A DNA stretch of 64,000 nt from Candidatus Staskawiczbacteria bacterium RIFCSPHIGHO2_01_FULL_39_25 (GTDB lineage: Bacteria; Patescibacteriota; Minisyncoccia; Minisyncoccales; Staskawiczbacteraceae). Location of the stretch: contig MHOO01000011.1 of assembly GCA_001820095.1 (NCBI GenBank), positions 199,227 through 263,226 on the forward strand, read 5' to 3'. Position 1 is the stretch's first letter. Each line of letters starts with the position of its first letter. The notes under the pieces are model-generated. The model was not told the DNA's origin. It saw only the letters and a list, made by a program, of their open reading frames with translations, and ran no database searches. Below, piece by piece: positions 1-8,305 of this stretch. Made by a program: the position numbers and the translations under genes.

Positions 1-32
1 AGAAAAAATTATCGGTAGGATTTGCCAGCAAT

Positions 33-329
33 ATGAAAGCAGACTCTGAAAAGAAAGCAGCAGAGGCAGAAAATAATTTAATAGGAGCGATTAACTTTAT
101 TGATAGTAAAAAAGGTTACTTGAGTGAAGATTTTTATATATTAGCAAAAACAAACATCCATAATGCTAATAGTCTTATCATCCAGGGCCAAACAAAATTG
201 CAGTTGGGCGAATATAAAGAGGCATTTATATTATTTCAAGAAGCAATAAGGACTATAGAAGAGATAAAAATTAATGTAGACGCGGCAATTCATTTAAAGG
301 TCAACGTATTGCCGATATTAAATCAGTAA
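33..329 (+). CDS. hypothetical protein (helical; may be 5'-truncated by window edge)
   Basis: ORF track; frame stays open upstream to window start; followed by hairpin terminator; no motif recognised. Confidence 0.4.
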   Translation: MKADSEKKAAEAENNLIGAINFIDSKKGYLSEDFYILAKTNIHNANSLIIQGQTKLQLGEYKEAFILFQEAIRTIEEIKINVDAAIHLKVNVLPILNQ

Positions 330-378
330 CGAATTTCCAGTTTTAAATTTATCATTTTAAATTTTTAATTTGCATCAA

Positions 379-404
379 ACCCGCTACCCTGCGGGTCTTT
401 TTTT
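379..404 (+). terminator. rho-independent terminator
   Basis: acccgc-taccct-gcgggt hairpin followed by T-run. Confidence 0.6.
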
Positions 405-442
405 ATGATACTATGGAAATAATAAGCTAATAATTAACTAAT

Positions 443-826
443 ATGAATATGAGTAAAAAAACCATAAGTTTTATAGCGCTTGCCGTTGTAGCCACAGGTA
501 TTCTTATATTTATGTGGGTGTCTTACTATAACACTCCGGGGAAACTTGATGCTTTTGCCCAGTGCCTAAAAGATAAAGGCGTGAAGTTCTATGGAACATT
601 TTGGTGCCCTCATTGCCAGAACCAAAAAGCCTTATTTGGAAGCTCTAAGAAATATCTTCCTTATGTTGAATGTTCTACGGCTGACAGCAGGGGGCAGCTG
701 CAGGTGTGCAAAAATGAGAATATAGAGGCGTATCCTACATGGAAATTCCCAGATGGCACCAGTGAACAAGGAGAGGTTGCGTTGGAGAAATTAGCAGAAA
801 AATCAGGCTGCCAGTTGCCGCAATAA
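443..826 (+). CDS. membrane-anchored thioredoxin-fold oxidoreductase
   Basis: N-terminal TM helix then WCPHC redox motif; adjacent to DsbB-like gene. Confidence 0.7.
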   Translation: MNMSKKTISFIALAVVATGILIFMWVSYYNTPGKLDAFAQCLKDKGVKFYGTFWCPHCQNQKALFGSSKKYLPYVECSTADSRGQLQVCKNENIEAYPTWKFPDGTSEQGEVALEKLAEKSGCQLPQ

Positions 827-897
827 CAATTGACTGTTGACAATTGACAATTAACATCGGTGTCAAATGTTAAATGTCAAATGTTAAATGTTGCATT

Positions 898-1437
898 ATG
901 CTTATAGACTTTGTTAATACGGGGCTTGCTTTGGGCACTATTGCAGCCCAGGCCTTTATTTTATTTACGATTGTCTGGTTTTTCTTTTTACAAAAACGAA
1001 ATATTAAAATAATGGAGTTGTTAGGAAAAAATGCGGTGCTTTATGCCGGAGTCGCTGCTTTATTAAGCACACTAGGCAGCTTGTTTTATTCTAATGTTGC
1101 GGGTTTTGCCCCTTGTGCACTATGCTGGATCCAGAGAATTTTCATGTATCCATTAGTCATTATGACAGGAGTAGCCTTAGCTAAAAAAGACCATCAGATC
1201 ATTGATTATATTTTATCCCTTTCGGTGGTTGGGTTTTTAGTAGCTTTATACCATAACTACATGAATTACGGGGGAGTAAGCGCCCTATGCCAGATATTAA
1301 GCACCGATGTTTCTTGTGTAAAAAGATATGTCTTTGAATTTGGATACATTACGATTCCCGTAATGTCCCTTACGGCTTCTGCATTGATAATTACCCTTTC
1401 CCTTCTGTATAAGTTTTACCATCGCAAAAGTTTTTAG
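898..1437 (+). CDS. DsbB/BdbC-family disulfide bond formation protein
   Basis: multiple TM segments, CALCW motif plus second Cys pair (CQILSTDVSC); ORF track gives 874..1437 but 874-897 lies in a tandem word repeat, so ATG 898 preferred. Confidence 0.7.
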   Translation: MLIDFVNTGLALGTIAAQAFILFTIVWFFFLQKRNIKIMELLGKNAVLYAGVAALLSTLGSLFYSNVAGFAPCALCWIQRIFMYPLVIMTGVALAKKDHQIIDYILSLSVVGFLVALYHNYMNYGGVSALCQILSTDVSCVKRYVFEFGYITIPVMSLTASALIITLSLLYKFYHRKSF

Positions 1438-1449
1438 GATAACATTTTT

Positions 1450-2319
1450 ATGATGAATCAAGGCGCCTATACCATTATTCTTTTTTATAAGTTCACTCAT
1501 ATAAAAAATCCCGAGAAATTTAAAATACAGCAACGCAAGATTGCCGAGTCCTTTGGTTTAAAGGGCAGAATGTTAATTGCCACAGAAGGGGTCAATGCCA
1601 CGTTTGAGGGAACTACCAAAAACATCAAAGGCTATATGAAGTCATTGAGACAGCAAAGGGTATTTAAGGATGTAACTTTTAAGGATAGCGCCGGAAATGG
1701 AAAAGCCTTTACAAAATTAATGGTGAAAGTACGGCCTGAGGTAGTAACCTTGGGTGCAGGAGATTTTAATATTAAAAAAGAAACGGCAAGGGCGATTACC
1801 GCAAAAGAACTTGACCAGTTTTACCAAAAGAAGGAAGATTTTGTGGTGCTTGATTTACGCAATGACTATGAAATCCAAGCAGGACACTTTACAAATACCG
1901 TAAACCCAAAATTAAGGAATTTTAGGGAGCTGCCTGAAAAAATGAATGAATTAGCGCATTTGAAAAGTAAAAAAGTAGTGGCAGTATGCACGGGAGGCAT
2001 CAGATGTGAAAAGGCAACCTGCTTGTTAAAGAAAAAAGGATTTAAAAATATATATCAATTAAAAGATGGCATTCATGCGTATATTAAAAAGTTTCCCGGA
2101 AAAAATTTTAAAGGGTCTCTTTTTGTATTTGATAACAGGATGACTACCCCTATTGTTGATTCTGCAAACAGGGAAGTAGTAGCCCGTTGCGCTTTTTGCA
2201 ATGCACCATGTGAGGAATTTTATAATGATGACTCATTCAGGCCTTCAAAAAAGGTGATATGCTGCGATAATTGCATTGCGCGATATCAGCATAAGCTCCG
2301 CCGATGCATCCCAGCGTAA
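1450..2319 (+). CDS. trhO: rhodanese-domain protein, TrhO/YceA (UPF0176) family
   Basis: N-terminal ILFYKF region, rhodanese active-site loop CTGGIRCE, C-terminal Cys cluster. Confidence 0.7.
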   Translation: MMNQGAYTIILFYKFTHIKNPEKFKIQQRKIAESFGLKGRMLIATEGVNATFEGTTKNIKGYMKSLRQQRVFKDVTFKDSAGNGKAFTKLMVKVRPEVVTLGAGDFNIKKETARAITAKELDQFYQKKEDFVVLDLRNDYEIQAGHFTNTVNPKLRNFRELPEKMNELAHLKSKKVVAVCTGGIRCEKATCLLKKKGFKNIYQLKDGIHAYIKKFPGKNFKGSLFVFDNRMTTPIVDSANREVVARCAFCNAPCEEFYNDDSFRPSKKVICCDNCIARYQHKLRRCIPA

Positions 2320-2326
2320 AATTTTT

Positions 2327-2917
2327 ATGATAGAAAAAAATATAAAAAAAGATTGGTCAGAGTATTATGAACTAACTAAAAATAAGCCACCTTCAAAACT
2401 TCTTATCAAAGCGCTTAGTTATGTAAAAAATAAAGGGAAGGCAGTTGATATTGGTGGAGGGGGACTCAAAGATACTCGGTATCTTCTGGCAGAAGGATTT
2501 GATGTAGCAGTAATTGATAGTAGTGAATTAATGGCGAAAGAAGCTGAAAAAATCACGTCAGATAAACTGCATTACTTTGTTGTTTCTTTTGATAGATTTA
2601 ATTTTCCTGAAAGTACCTTTAATATTGCGAATGCTCAATTTTCACTTTCGTTTAATCCACCAGCTACTTTTGATGATGTTTTTAGAAATATCAAAAATTC
2701 TCTTGTTGAAGGAGGAATATTTTGCGGTCAACTATTTGGCGTGAGAGATGAATGGAAAGATAAACCTAATATGATCTTTCATACAAAAGAACAAGTTGGA
2801 AAATTATTCTCAGATATGGAAATAATTTATTTTCGAGAAGAAGAAAAAGATGATAAAACGGCAAATGGCACCCCAAAACACTGGCATGTATTCCATATTA
2901 TTGCCAGAAGGCCATGA
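2327..2917 (+). CDS. class I SAM-dependent methyltransferase
   Basis: motif I VDIGGGG, acidic loop VIDSS; ATG 2327 in frame with ORF 2276..2917 and just after trhO stop. Confidence 0.7.
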   Translation: MIEKNIKKDWSEYYELTKNKPPSKLLIKALSYVKNKGKAVDIGGGGLKDTRYLLAEGFDVAVIDSSELMAKEAEKITSDKLHYFVVSFDRFNFPESTFNIANAQFSLSFNPPATFDDVFRNIKNSLVEGGIFCGQLFGVRDEWKDKPNMIFHTKEQVGKLFSDMEIIYFREEEKDDKTANGTPKHWHVFHIIARRP

Positions 2918-2936
2918 AAATACAAATAACGAAAAA

Positions 2937-2960
2937 AGCGACCAGCTAGTCGCTTTTTTT
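2937..2960 (+). terminator. rho-independent terminator
   Basis: agcgac-cagct-agtcgct hairpin plus T7 run. Confidence 0.6.
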
Positions 2961-3314
2961 GTTATTTGCTCAATTTTTTAGGTGGCCGATAGCGCCACTT
3001 TTTGTTTGCAAAATTTTTTGAAAATAAGAAGCAGGAACGGCAAATCGAGTCCCAGCCGAAAGGTTCACGGATCGTGGCCGAACTCCAGCGACAGATTGTC
3101 ATGAGTGGCGAAGATCGCAATGCTCAGCAAATCGGTTGCCACAACGACAATTCGGGCGGCGGTCACAATGACAACTAGTTCGTTGTGGGTGCAAGCTCTT
3201 TACTGTCAAACAGGCCCCGGAACTTCATCGAAGTTTCGGGGCTATTCATTTATACAAAAACTAAAAGCGGCTCTTTAACTTGAATGGATTTTTTGTTAAT
3301 ATAATCAAATAAAT

Positions 3315-4148
3315 ATGAGCCAAGATTGGGAATCAAAATTAATGACCTTTGAAGAATATGCCAGAAAAAAACATGATCCAGTATATATTTTTGACGTAGA
3401 ATTTGGCAGTAAAAAAGTAACTTATTTTGGTGCCGAACATAACCACAATCCTGAAAGCCCGATGTTTGATCGCATTGAAGCAGAGTTTAAAAAAGCTGAT
3501 CCCCAGATTGTATTTGTGGAAGGAATGTATTTTTCGCAAGGTGGAAAACAAAAGGCGATCGAAAAATATAAAAATACCGATAGAGAATCGGTTATTAAAA
3601 ATCACGGAGAATCAGTGTATGTTTTCAGGTTAGCGGCTGACGCCGGGATTGAAGTTGATTCTCCAGAATCATCGCTTAGTGATGAAATTACTTTTTTACT
3701 GCAGCAAGAATTTTCAAAGGAACAAATTTTTTGCTTCTATGGGTATCGTCAAATCAATGGATTGCATCGCTTAGCAGATAAATCTAAATTTAATGAAGAA
3801 TTAACAAGATATATTTCAGTTTTTCAAAGGGATAGTCAGTGGAAAGATTTTGATTATTCGCCTGAACATTTGGAAAAAATTGGAAAATCAGTTTGGGGAG
3901 AAGTGCGCGGCGACGTTATGATTAACGATGGGTACCGAACAACACCCGTACCGCCAGAAGATAAGAAATTATTTACACTCATTAATCAGATCAACCAAGA
4001 GGTAACTCATTTTAGAGACTGCAATGTCGTACGGAGAGTTGTAGATGCCTTAAAAACCCACGATCGACTATTTATTATTTTTGGATCAACTCATGCTGTC
4101 ATGCAGGAACCAGCTTTGAGATATTTAGCAGAAAGTTATGATAAATAA
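3315..4148 (+). CDS. hypothetical protein (tentatively TraB/GumN-like)
   Basis: long ORF with AT-rich codon use; FGAEHNH near N-terminus and FGSTHAV near C-terminus resemble the TraB/GumN layout; weak. Confidence 0.45.
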   Translation: MSQDWESKLMTFEEYARKKHDPVYIFDVEFGSKKVTYFGAEHNHNPESPMFDRIEAEFKKADPQIVFVEGMYFSQGGKQKAIEKYKNTDRESVIKNHGESVYVFRLAADAGIEVDSPESSLSDEITFLLQQEFSKEQIFCFYGYRQINGLHRLADKSKFNEELTRYISVFQRDSQWKDFDYSPEHLEKIGKSVWGEVRGDVMINDGYRTTPVPPEDKKLFTLINQINQEVTHFRDCNVVRRVVDALKTHDRLFIIFGSTHAVMQEPALRYLAESYDK

Positions 4149-4149
4149 A

Positions 4150-4239
4150 ATGGCAAAATACGATTCAACAACCAAAGACAATAAATGCATTTTTTGTGAA
4201 ATAGTTTCGGGAAACATAAAAACTCCTGGGCTGTTCTGA
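4150..4239 (+). pseudogene. 5' fragment of a HIT-family (histidine triad) gene
   Basis: encodes MAKYDSTTKDNKCIFCEIVSGNIKTPGLF*, a typical HIT N-terminus (CIFC..V.G); stop TGA is the first 3 nt of the repeat at 4237. Confidence 0.6.
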
Positions 4240-4298
4240 TAAAGGTGGCTGACACCTTTACTCACCTTTACTCCTTTACTTTGACACCTTTACTCGAG
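4237..4298 (+). repeat. direct repeat copy 1 (tgataaaggtggctgacaccttta + cctttac words)
   Basis: 24 nt identical to 12411-12434, followed by similar cctttac/ctttaac word run; contains hairpin taaaggtg-gctga-caccttta. Confidence 0.7.
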
Positions 4299-4427
4299 AA
4301 AATAATATACCTTATAAACCGTTACGCGACGGGGAGGTAATTATCGTTAATGATAATAATTTGGAAATCATAAAATAAAAGAAGGGTGACAACTCGAGTA
4401 GTTATCACCCTTTTGGTTTGCAGGAAA

Positions 4428-5732
4428 TTACGGCGTCAGCCGGTTAGGGCCACGGTAGAGATACGTGGCTTCTCGGATGTTTTTGACACCCAGAAGCATC
4501 ATCAGTACCCGAGCCAGGCCGAGTCCGAAGCCTCCGTGTGGCGGACAGCCATAGCGGAAGCATTCCAAATAGTACTTGATTGGATCCAGGGTCAGGCCTT
4601 TCTCCTGGGCTTGCTGGACCAGAACATCGTACCTATGCTCACGCTGGGCACCCGTCGTCACTTCGAGTCCTTTCCAAAGAAGGTCGAAGCTCTTGGTGGC
4701 TTTCGGGCTATCAGCGTGGCGCATGTGGTAGAACGGACGCACGCTGATCGGGTAGTCGGTCACAAACACGAAGTCGTGGCCGGTTTTTTCTTTCATGTGA
4801 GCGCAGAGTTGGCGCTCGCCTTCGGGATCAAGGTCGCCCTTGGTCTCGGCGGAGAGCACGTGGCCGCGCTGTGCGAGAATCGCGTACGCTTCCTGCATCG
4901 AAAGACGCGGGAAAGGCAGCGTGGGAACTTCCACTTCGACGCCGAAGTACTTGGCCACGGCTTCACTGTGCTTGTCCTTGAGGGACTGGAGTACGTACTG
5001 GAGCCACCGCTCTTCGAACTTCATGACATCGTCGTGGGATTCGATCCAGGAAATCTCCACGTCCACACTAGTAAACTCCGTCGCGTGTCTGGACGTGAAT
5101 GACGGTTCAGCACGGAACACCGGTCCGATCTCAAACACCTTGTCGAAGCCCGCCGACATCGCCATCTGCTTGTAAAACTGAGGCGACTGGGCAAGGTACG
5201 CATTGGTCTCGAAGTATTTGACGGTGAAAAGCTCTGATCCCGATTCACTCGGACTTCCCATGAACTTGGGTGAGTGGATCTCGATGAAACCTTCTCTGGT
5301 CCAGAACTCGCGCATGGCGTGTTCCGCCGCCGTTTGGATCTGGAAGATCAGGTAGTTGGCGGGACGGCGCAGGTCTAGGAAGCGCCAGTCGAGGCGCAGG
5401 TCCAGGCCGGATTCTTCCGTGATAGGAAGAGTCGGAGGAGCCACGTTGATGACTTTGAGGTCATCGATGGCGATTTCCAGACCGCCGAGCTTAATCTTTT
5501 CGTTGGCGACCACGGTGCCGGTCAACTCCACTGCGGTTTCTGCTGTGAGGCTAGAGATGAGGACGCTCAGGGGATCCTCCTTCTTTTCACGCACGGTCTG
5601 GACGAGGCCAGTATGGTCGCGAACGACGATGAACTGGACCCGCTTCTGGTCGCGGAGGGTCTGAACCCATCCTTTGACGCAGACGGTGCTGCCGACGGCA
5701 CTTTTGAGAGTGCTGATCAAGGTACGTTCCAT
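4428..5732 (-). CDS. aspS: aspartyl-tRNA synthetase, archaeal/short type, GC-rich copy
   Basis: class II motifs FRAE, GLEVTTGAQREH, GGFGLGLARVLM; 434 aa without the bacterial insertion domain; G/C-rich third positions unlike host genes; RBS gaaaggaagg upstream. Confidence 0.9.
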   Translation of the reverse strand: MERTLISTLKSAVGSTVCVKGWVQTLRDQKRVQFIVVRDHTGLVQTVREKKEDPLSVLISSLTAETAVELTGTVVANEKIKLGGLEIAIDDLKVINVAPPTLPITEESGLDLRLDWRFLDLRRPANYLIFQIQTAAEHAMREFWTREGFIEIHSPKFMGSPSESGSELFTVKYFETNAYLAQSPQFYKQMAMSAGFDKVFEIGPVFRAEPSFTSRHATEFTSVDVEISWIESHDDVMKFEERWLQYVLQSLKDKHSEAVAKYFGVEVEVPTLPFPRLSMQEAYAILAQRGHVLSAETKGDLDPEGERQLCAHMKEKTGHDFVFVTDYPISVRPFYHMRHADSPKATKSFDLLWKGLEVTTGAQREHRYDVLVQQAQEKGLTLDPIKYYLECFRYGCPPHGGFGLGLARVLMMLLGVKNIREATYLYRGPNRLTP

Positions 5733-5869
5733 AAGAACACCTTCCTTTCAGGTTAGATGACTTGTTAAGGTTCTTATTTTACAGATCTAGACGATAAGTA
5801 AAATACTATGCTACTTTACCTCTTTATTATATATTTGTCAATATTTTATAAAACAAAAATTATGCTATC

Positions 5870-7195
5870 ATGAATGACATGGAAAAGATACATATTGATC
5901 AAATAAAAAATAATATCGGTAAGCAGATAACTATTACCGGATTCGTCCAAACGATCAGAGATCAGAAAAACATTAAGTTTTTTTTGATCCGTGATATTTC
6001 AGGAGTCATCCAGGTTGTCATTACCAAAGACAAGGAAGAGGCATTCAAAAATTCTTCCGGTTTGAGTTTGGAGTCAGTAGTAGAAATTACCGGTTTAGCT
6101 AAAGAAGAAAAACAAGCGCTAGGAGGTTTTGAAATAGCCGTAGAAAGCATTGCGACACTCTCTTTATCTGATCCAGAACTTCCAATCCCTGTTATCGAAA
6201 AAGGCCAACAAGAAGAAACCGACCAGTCGATTCGTCTTGATTGGCGATGGATTGATTTACGTAAAGAAAAAAACACTTTGGTATTTAAAGTGTGGACCGT
6301 TATGGAGCAGGCGTTCCGGGAATACTGGGTTAAGAACAACTATATTGAAATCCATTCTCCAAAACTCATTGCTACCGCAAGTGAATCTGGTTCAGAAGTA
6401 TTTGAAGTGAAATATTTTGAACGCAAAGCTTATCTTGCCCAATCTCCGCAATTTTACAAACAAATGGCCATGGCCGGCGGATTTGAAAAGGTATTTGAAG
6501 TAGGGCCGGTATTTCGAGCTGAACCATCGTTCACATCACGGCATGCTACAGAGTTTACCGGTTATGATACTGAAATTTCTTACGTAAAATCCCATTACGA
6601 TATCATGGAAGAAGAAGAAAAAGTAATTCAATATGCATTAGAAAAAGTAAAAGAAAAATATGGCGAAGAAATCTTGAAAGTATTCGGCAGGGAAGTAGTA
6701 GTTCCTAAAATTCCTTTTCCAAAGATTTCTATGAAAGAGACTAAAGAAATACTAGCGAAGATGAGAATCAAAAGCGAAAAGGAAGGCGATATTTCTCCAG
6801 AAGAAGAACGAAAAATCTGCGAATACGTTAAAGAAAAAGAAAACCACGAATTCGTATTTATCACTGAATATCCGGTAAGTGTGCGGCCGTTTTATCACAT
6901 GCATGATGAAGAAGACCCAAAAGTTACTAAGAGTTTTGATTTGTTATGGAACGGTCTTGAGGTAACTACGGGGGCGCAACGTGAACACAGATACGACGTG
7001 CTGGTTGCGCAGGCCAAAGAAAAAAAGATGGATATTGAACATTTGCAATTTTATCTTAACTTTTTTAAATATGGCTGTCCTCCGCATGGCGGTTATGGTA
7101 TGGGTCCCAACAGAATGATTATGCAGCTTTTGGGACTTGATAATGTTCGAGATGCGATGTTTGTATATCGCGGAGTTAATCGATTGACGCCGTAA
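5870..7195 (+). CDS. aspS: aspartyl-tRNA synthetase, archaeal/short type, AT-rich copy
   Basis: 441 aa with the same class II motifs; long blocks identical to the 4428-5732 product; host-like codon use. Confidence 0.9.
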   Translation: MNDMEKIHIDQIKNNIGKQITITGFVQTIRDQKNIKFFLIRDISGVIQVVITKDKEEAFKNSSGLSLESVVEITGLAKEEKQALGGFEIAVESIATLSLSDPELPIPVIEKGQQEETDQSIRLDWRWIDLRKEKNTLVFKVWTVMEQAFREYWVKNNYIEIHSPKLIATASESGSEVFEVKYFERKAYLAQSPQFYKQMAMAGGFEKVFEVGPVFRAEPSFTSRHATEFTGYDTEISYVKSHYDIMEEEEKVIQYALEKVKEKYGEEILKVFGREVVVPKIPFPKISMKETKEILAKMRIKSEKEGDISPEEERKICEYVKEKENHEFVFITEYPVSVRPFYHMHDEEDPKVTKSFDLLWNGLEVTTGAQREHRYDVLVAQAKEKKMDIEHLQFYLNFFKYGCPPHGGYGMGPNRMIMQLLGLDNVRDAMFVYRGVNRLTP

Positions 7196-7209
7196 AGATA
7201 TTTTGCGTA

Positions 7210-7251
7210 AAAAAATAGCTCGGGGTGAAATGATTCACTCCGAGCTTTATT
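7210..7251. terminator. bidirectional hairpin terminator between convergent genes
   Basis: agctcggggtga-aatgat-tcactccgagct flanked by an A-run and a T-run. Confidence 0.6.
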
Positions 7252-8304
7252 TTACGTCGGGGTTGCCAGATGATCAAGGAAATCGCAATAGGCTGCAGTC
7301 AATGGAGCCTCTTTACTACGTTCCCCGATAATCCGCCTTGCAATGCCTTGAATCCATGTCGCACTGTGCTTGTTATGAAGCCGGAAGGCTTCGCAAGCAA
7401 GAGTTGACAAGATGTCAGCCCAAACTGCCGCATATTCTCCCCAGAATTTGCTCATCTGGTCGAACATTGCGTTGGCTGAGTGTGCGCTTTTGCTTCTTAT
7501 GTCTGCTTCCTCCTGGACCAGCCTGAGCCTCAACGTTTCTGAGAACGACGAGATTGCAGGCATGGCGCAGGATTCAGCCGTTTCTCGCGAAAGTTTTTGA
7601 GCTTTGGCAATATTTTCACCTCTGATGTGCATTGACACCGCGGTGTGCCAATAATTGCCAAGCCTTAAACCTGTGCAAGCAGACATGCATTCCTGCAAAA
7701 GCGAGAACTCGAACACGTTGTAGGGCAACAGTTGTATTGCATCGTTCGCGCGCATAGCGACTGTTGTGTGCAACGTGTCACTTCGCGGCATGAAAGCGAT
7801 ATTGAGCGTGCATGGAATGTCTTGTGATTCCAAGCGCGCAAGATCACTTGCGTCATGGAGGTCGATTACCGCCCGCTTCGTGTCGGAACGAGTCGAAATG
7901 GTTTTTGAAGCCAAATCAAACTGGTTCTTTCCTGAAGCTCCTCCAAAAATCCTCATGCCGTATGAAGAACCTGGTATGGTGATACCGTCGTCTGAAAAAC
8001 AGCAGGCTGATTTGGAGTAGAACGCAATCGGCTCAAGCAGATTCGATCCGGATAGCATATAGATGAAGCGCGCTGCCGCAAGTCCTGGATTGAACAGGGG
8101 CAATGCGCTTTTGAATATGCGTTTTCGCGGATCAGTCAGACAGAGCTGGGCATTGAACACTTCCTGAATCGAGAAGTCCCGGTTCATAGAGTGTTCGCCC
8201 GATTGGTAAGTAATGCCATGCGCACTAATCCTGCCGATCATTTCGCGTATGACCGCATTCGTGTCGTCACCCATGACGACACCTACCGAATGTAGTGAGT
8301 CCAC
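7252..8304 (-). CDS. thymidylate synthase / dCMP-hydroxymethylase-fold protein with C-terminal extension
   Basis: IPCTLNIAFMPRSDTLHTTVAMRANDAIQLLPYNVFEFSLL aligns by eye with ThyA [37 protein letters not shown] (Pro-Cys nucleophile, R-x-x-D, LP-x-N); GTG start 1 nt after upstream stop; GC-rich. Confidence 0.7.
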   Translation of the reverse strand: MDSLHSVGVVMGDDTNAVIREMIGRISAHGITYQSGEHSMNRDFSIQEVFNAQLCLTDPRKRIFKSALPLFNPGLAAARFIYMLSGSNLLEPIAFYSKSACCFSDDGITIPGSSYGMRIFGGASGKNQFDLASKTISTRSDTKRAVIDLHDASDLARLESQDIPCTLNIAFMPRSDTLHTTVAMRANDAIQLLPYNVFEFSLLQECMSACTGLRLGNYWHTAVSMHIRGENIAKAQKLSRETAESCAMPAISSFSETLRLRLVQEEADIRSKSAHSANAMFDQMSKFWGEYAAVWADILSTLACEAFRLHNKHSATWIQGIARRIIGERSKEAPLTAAYCDFLDHLATPT

Positions 8305-8305
8305 A

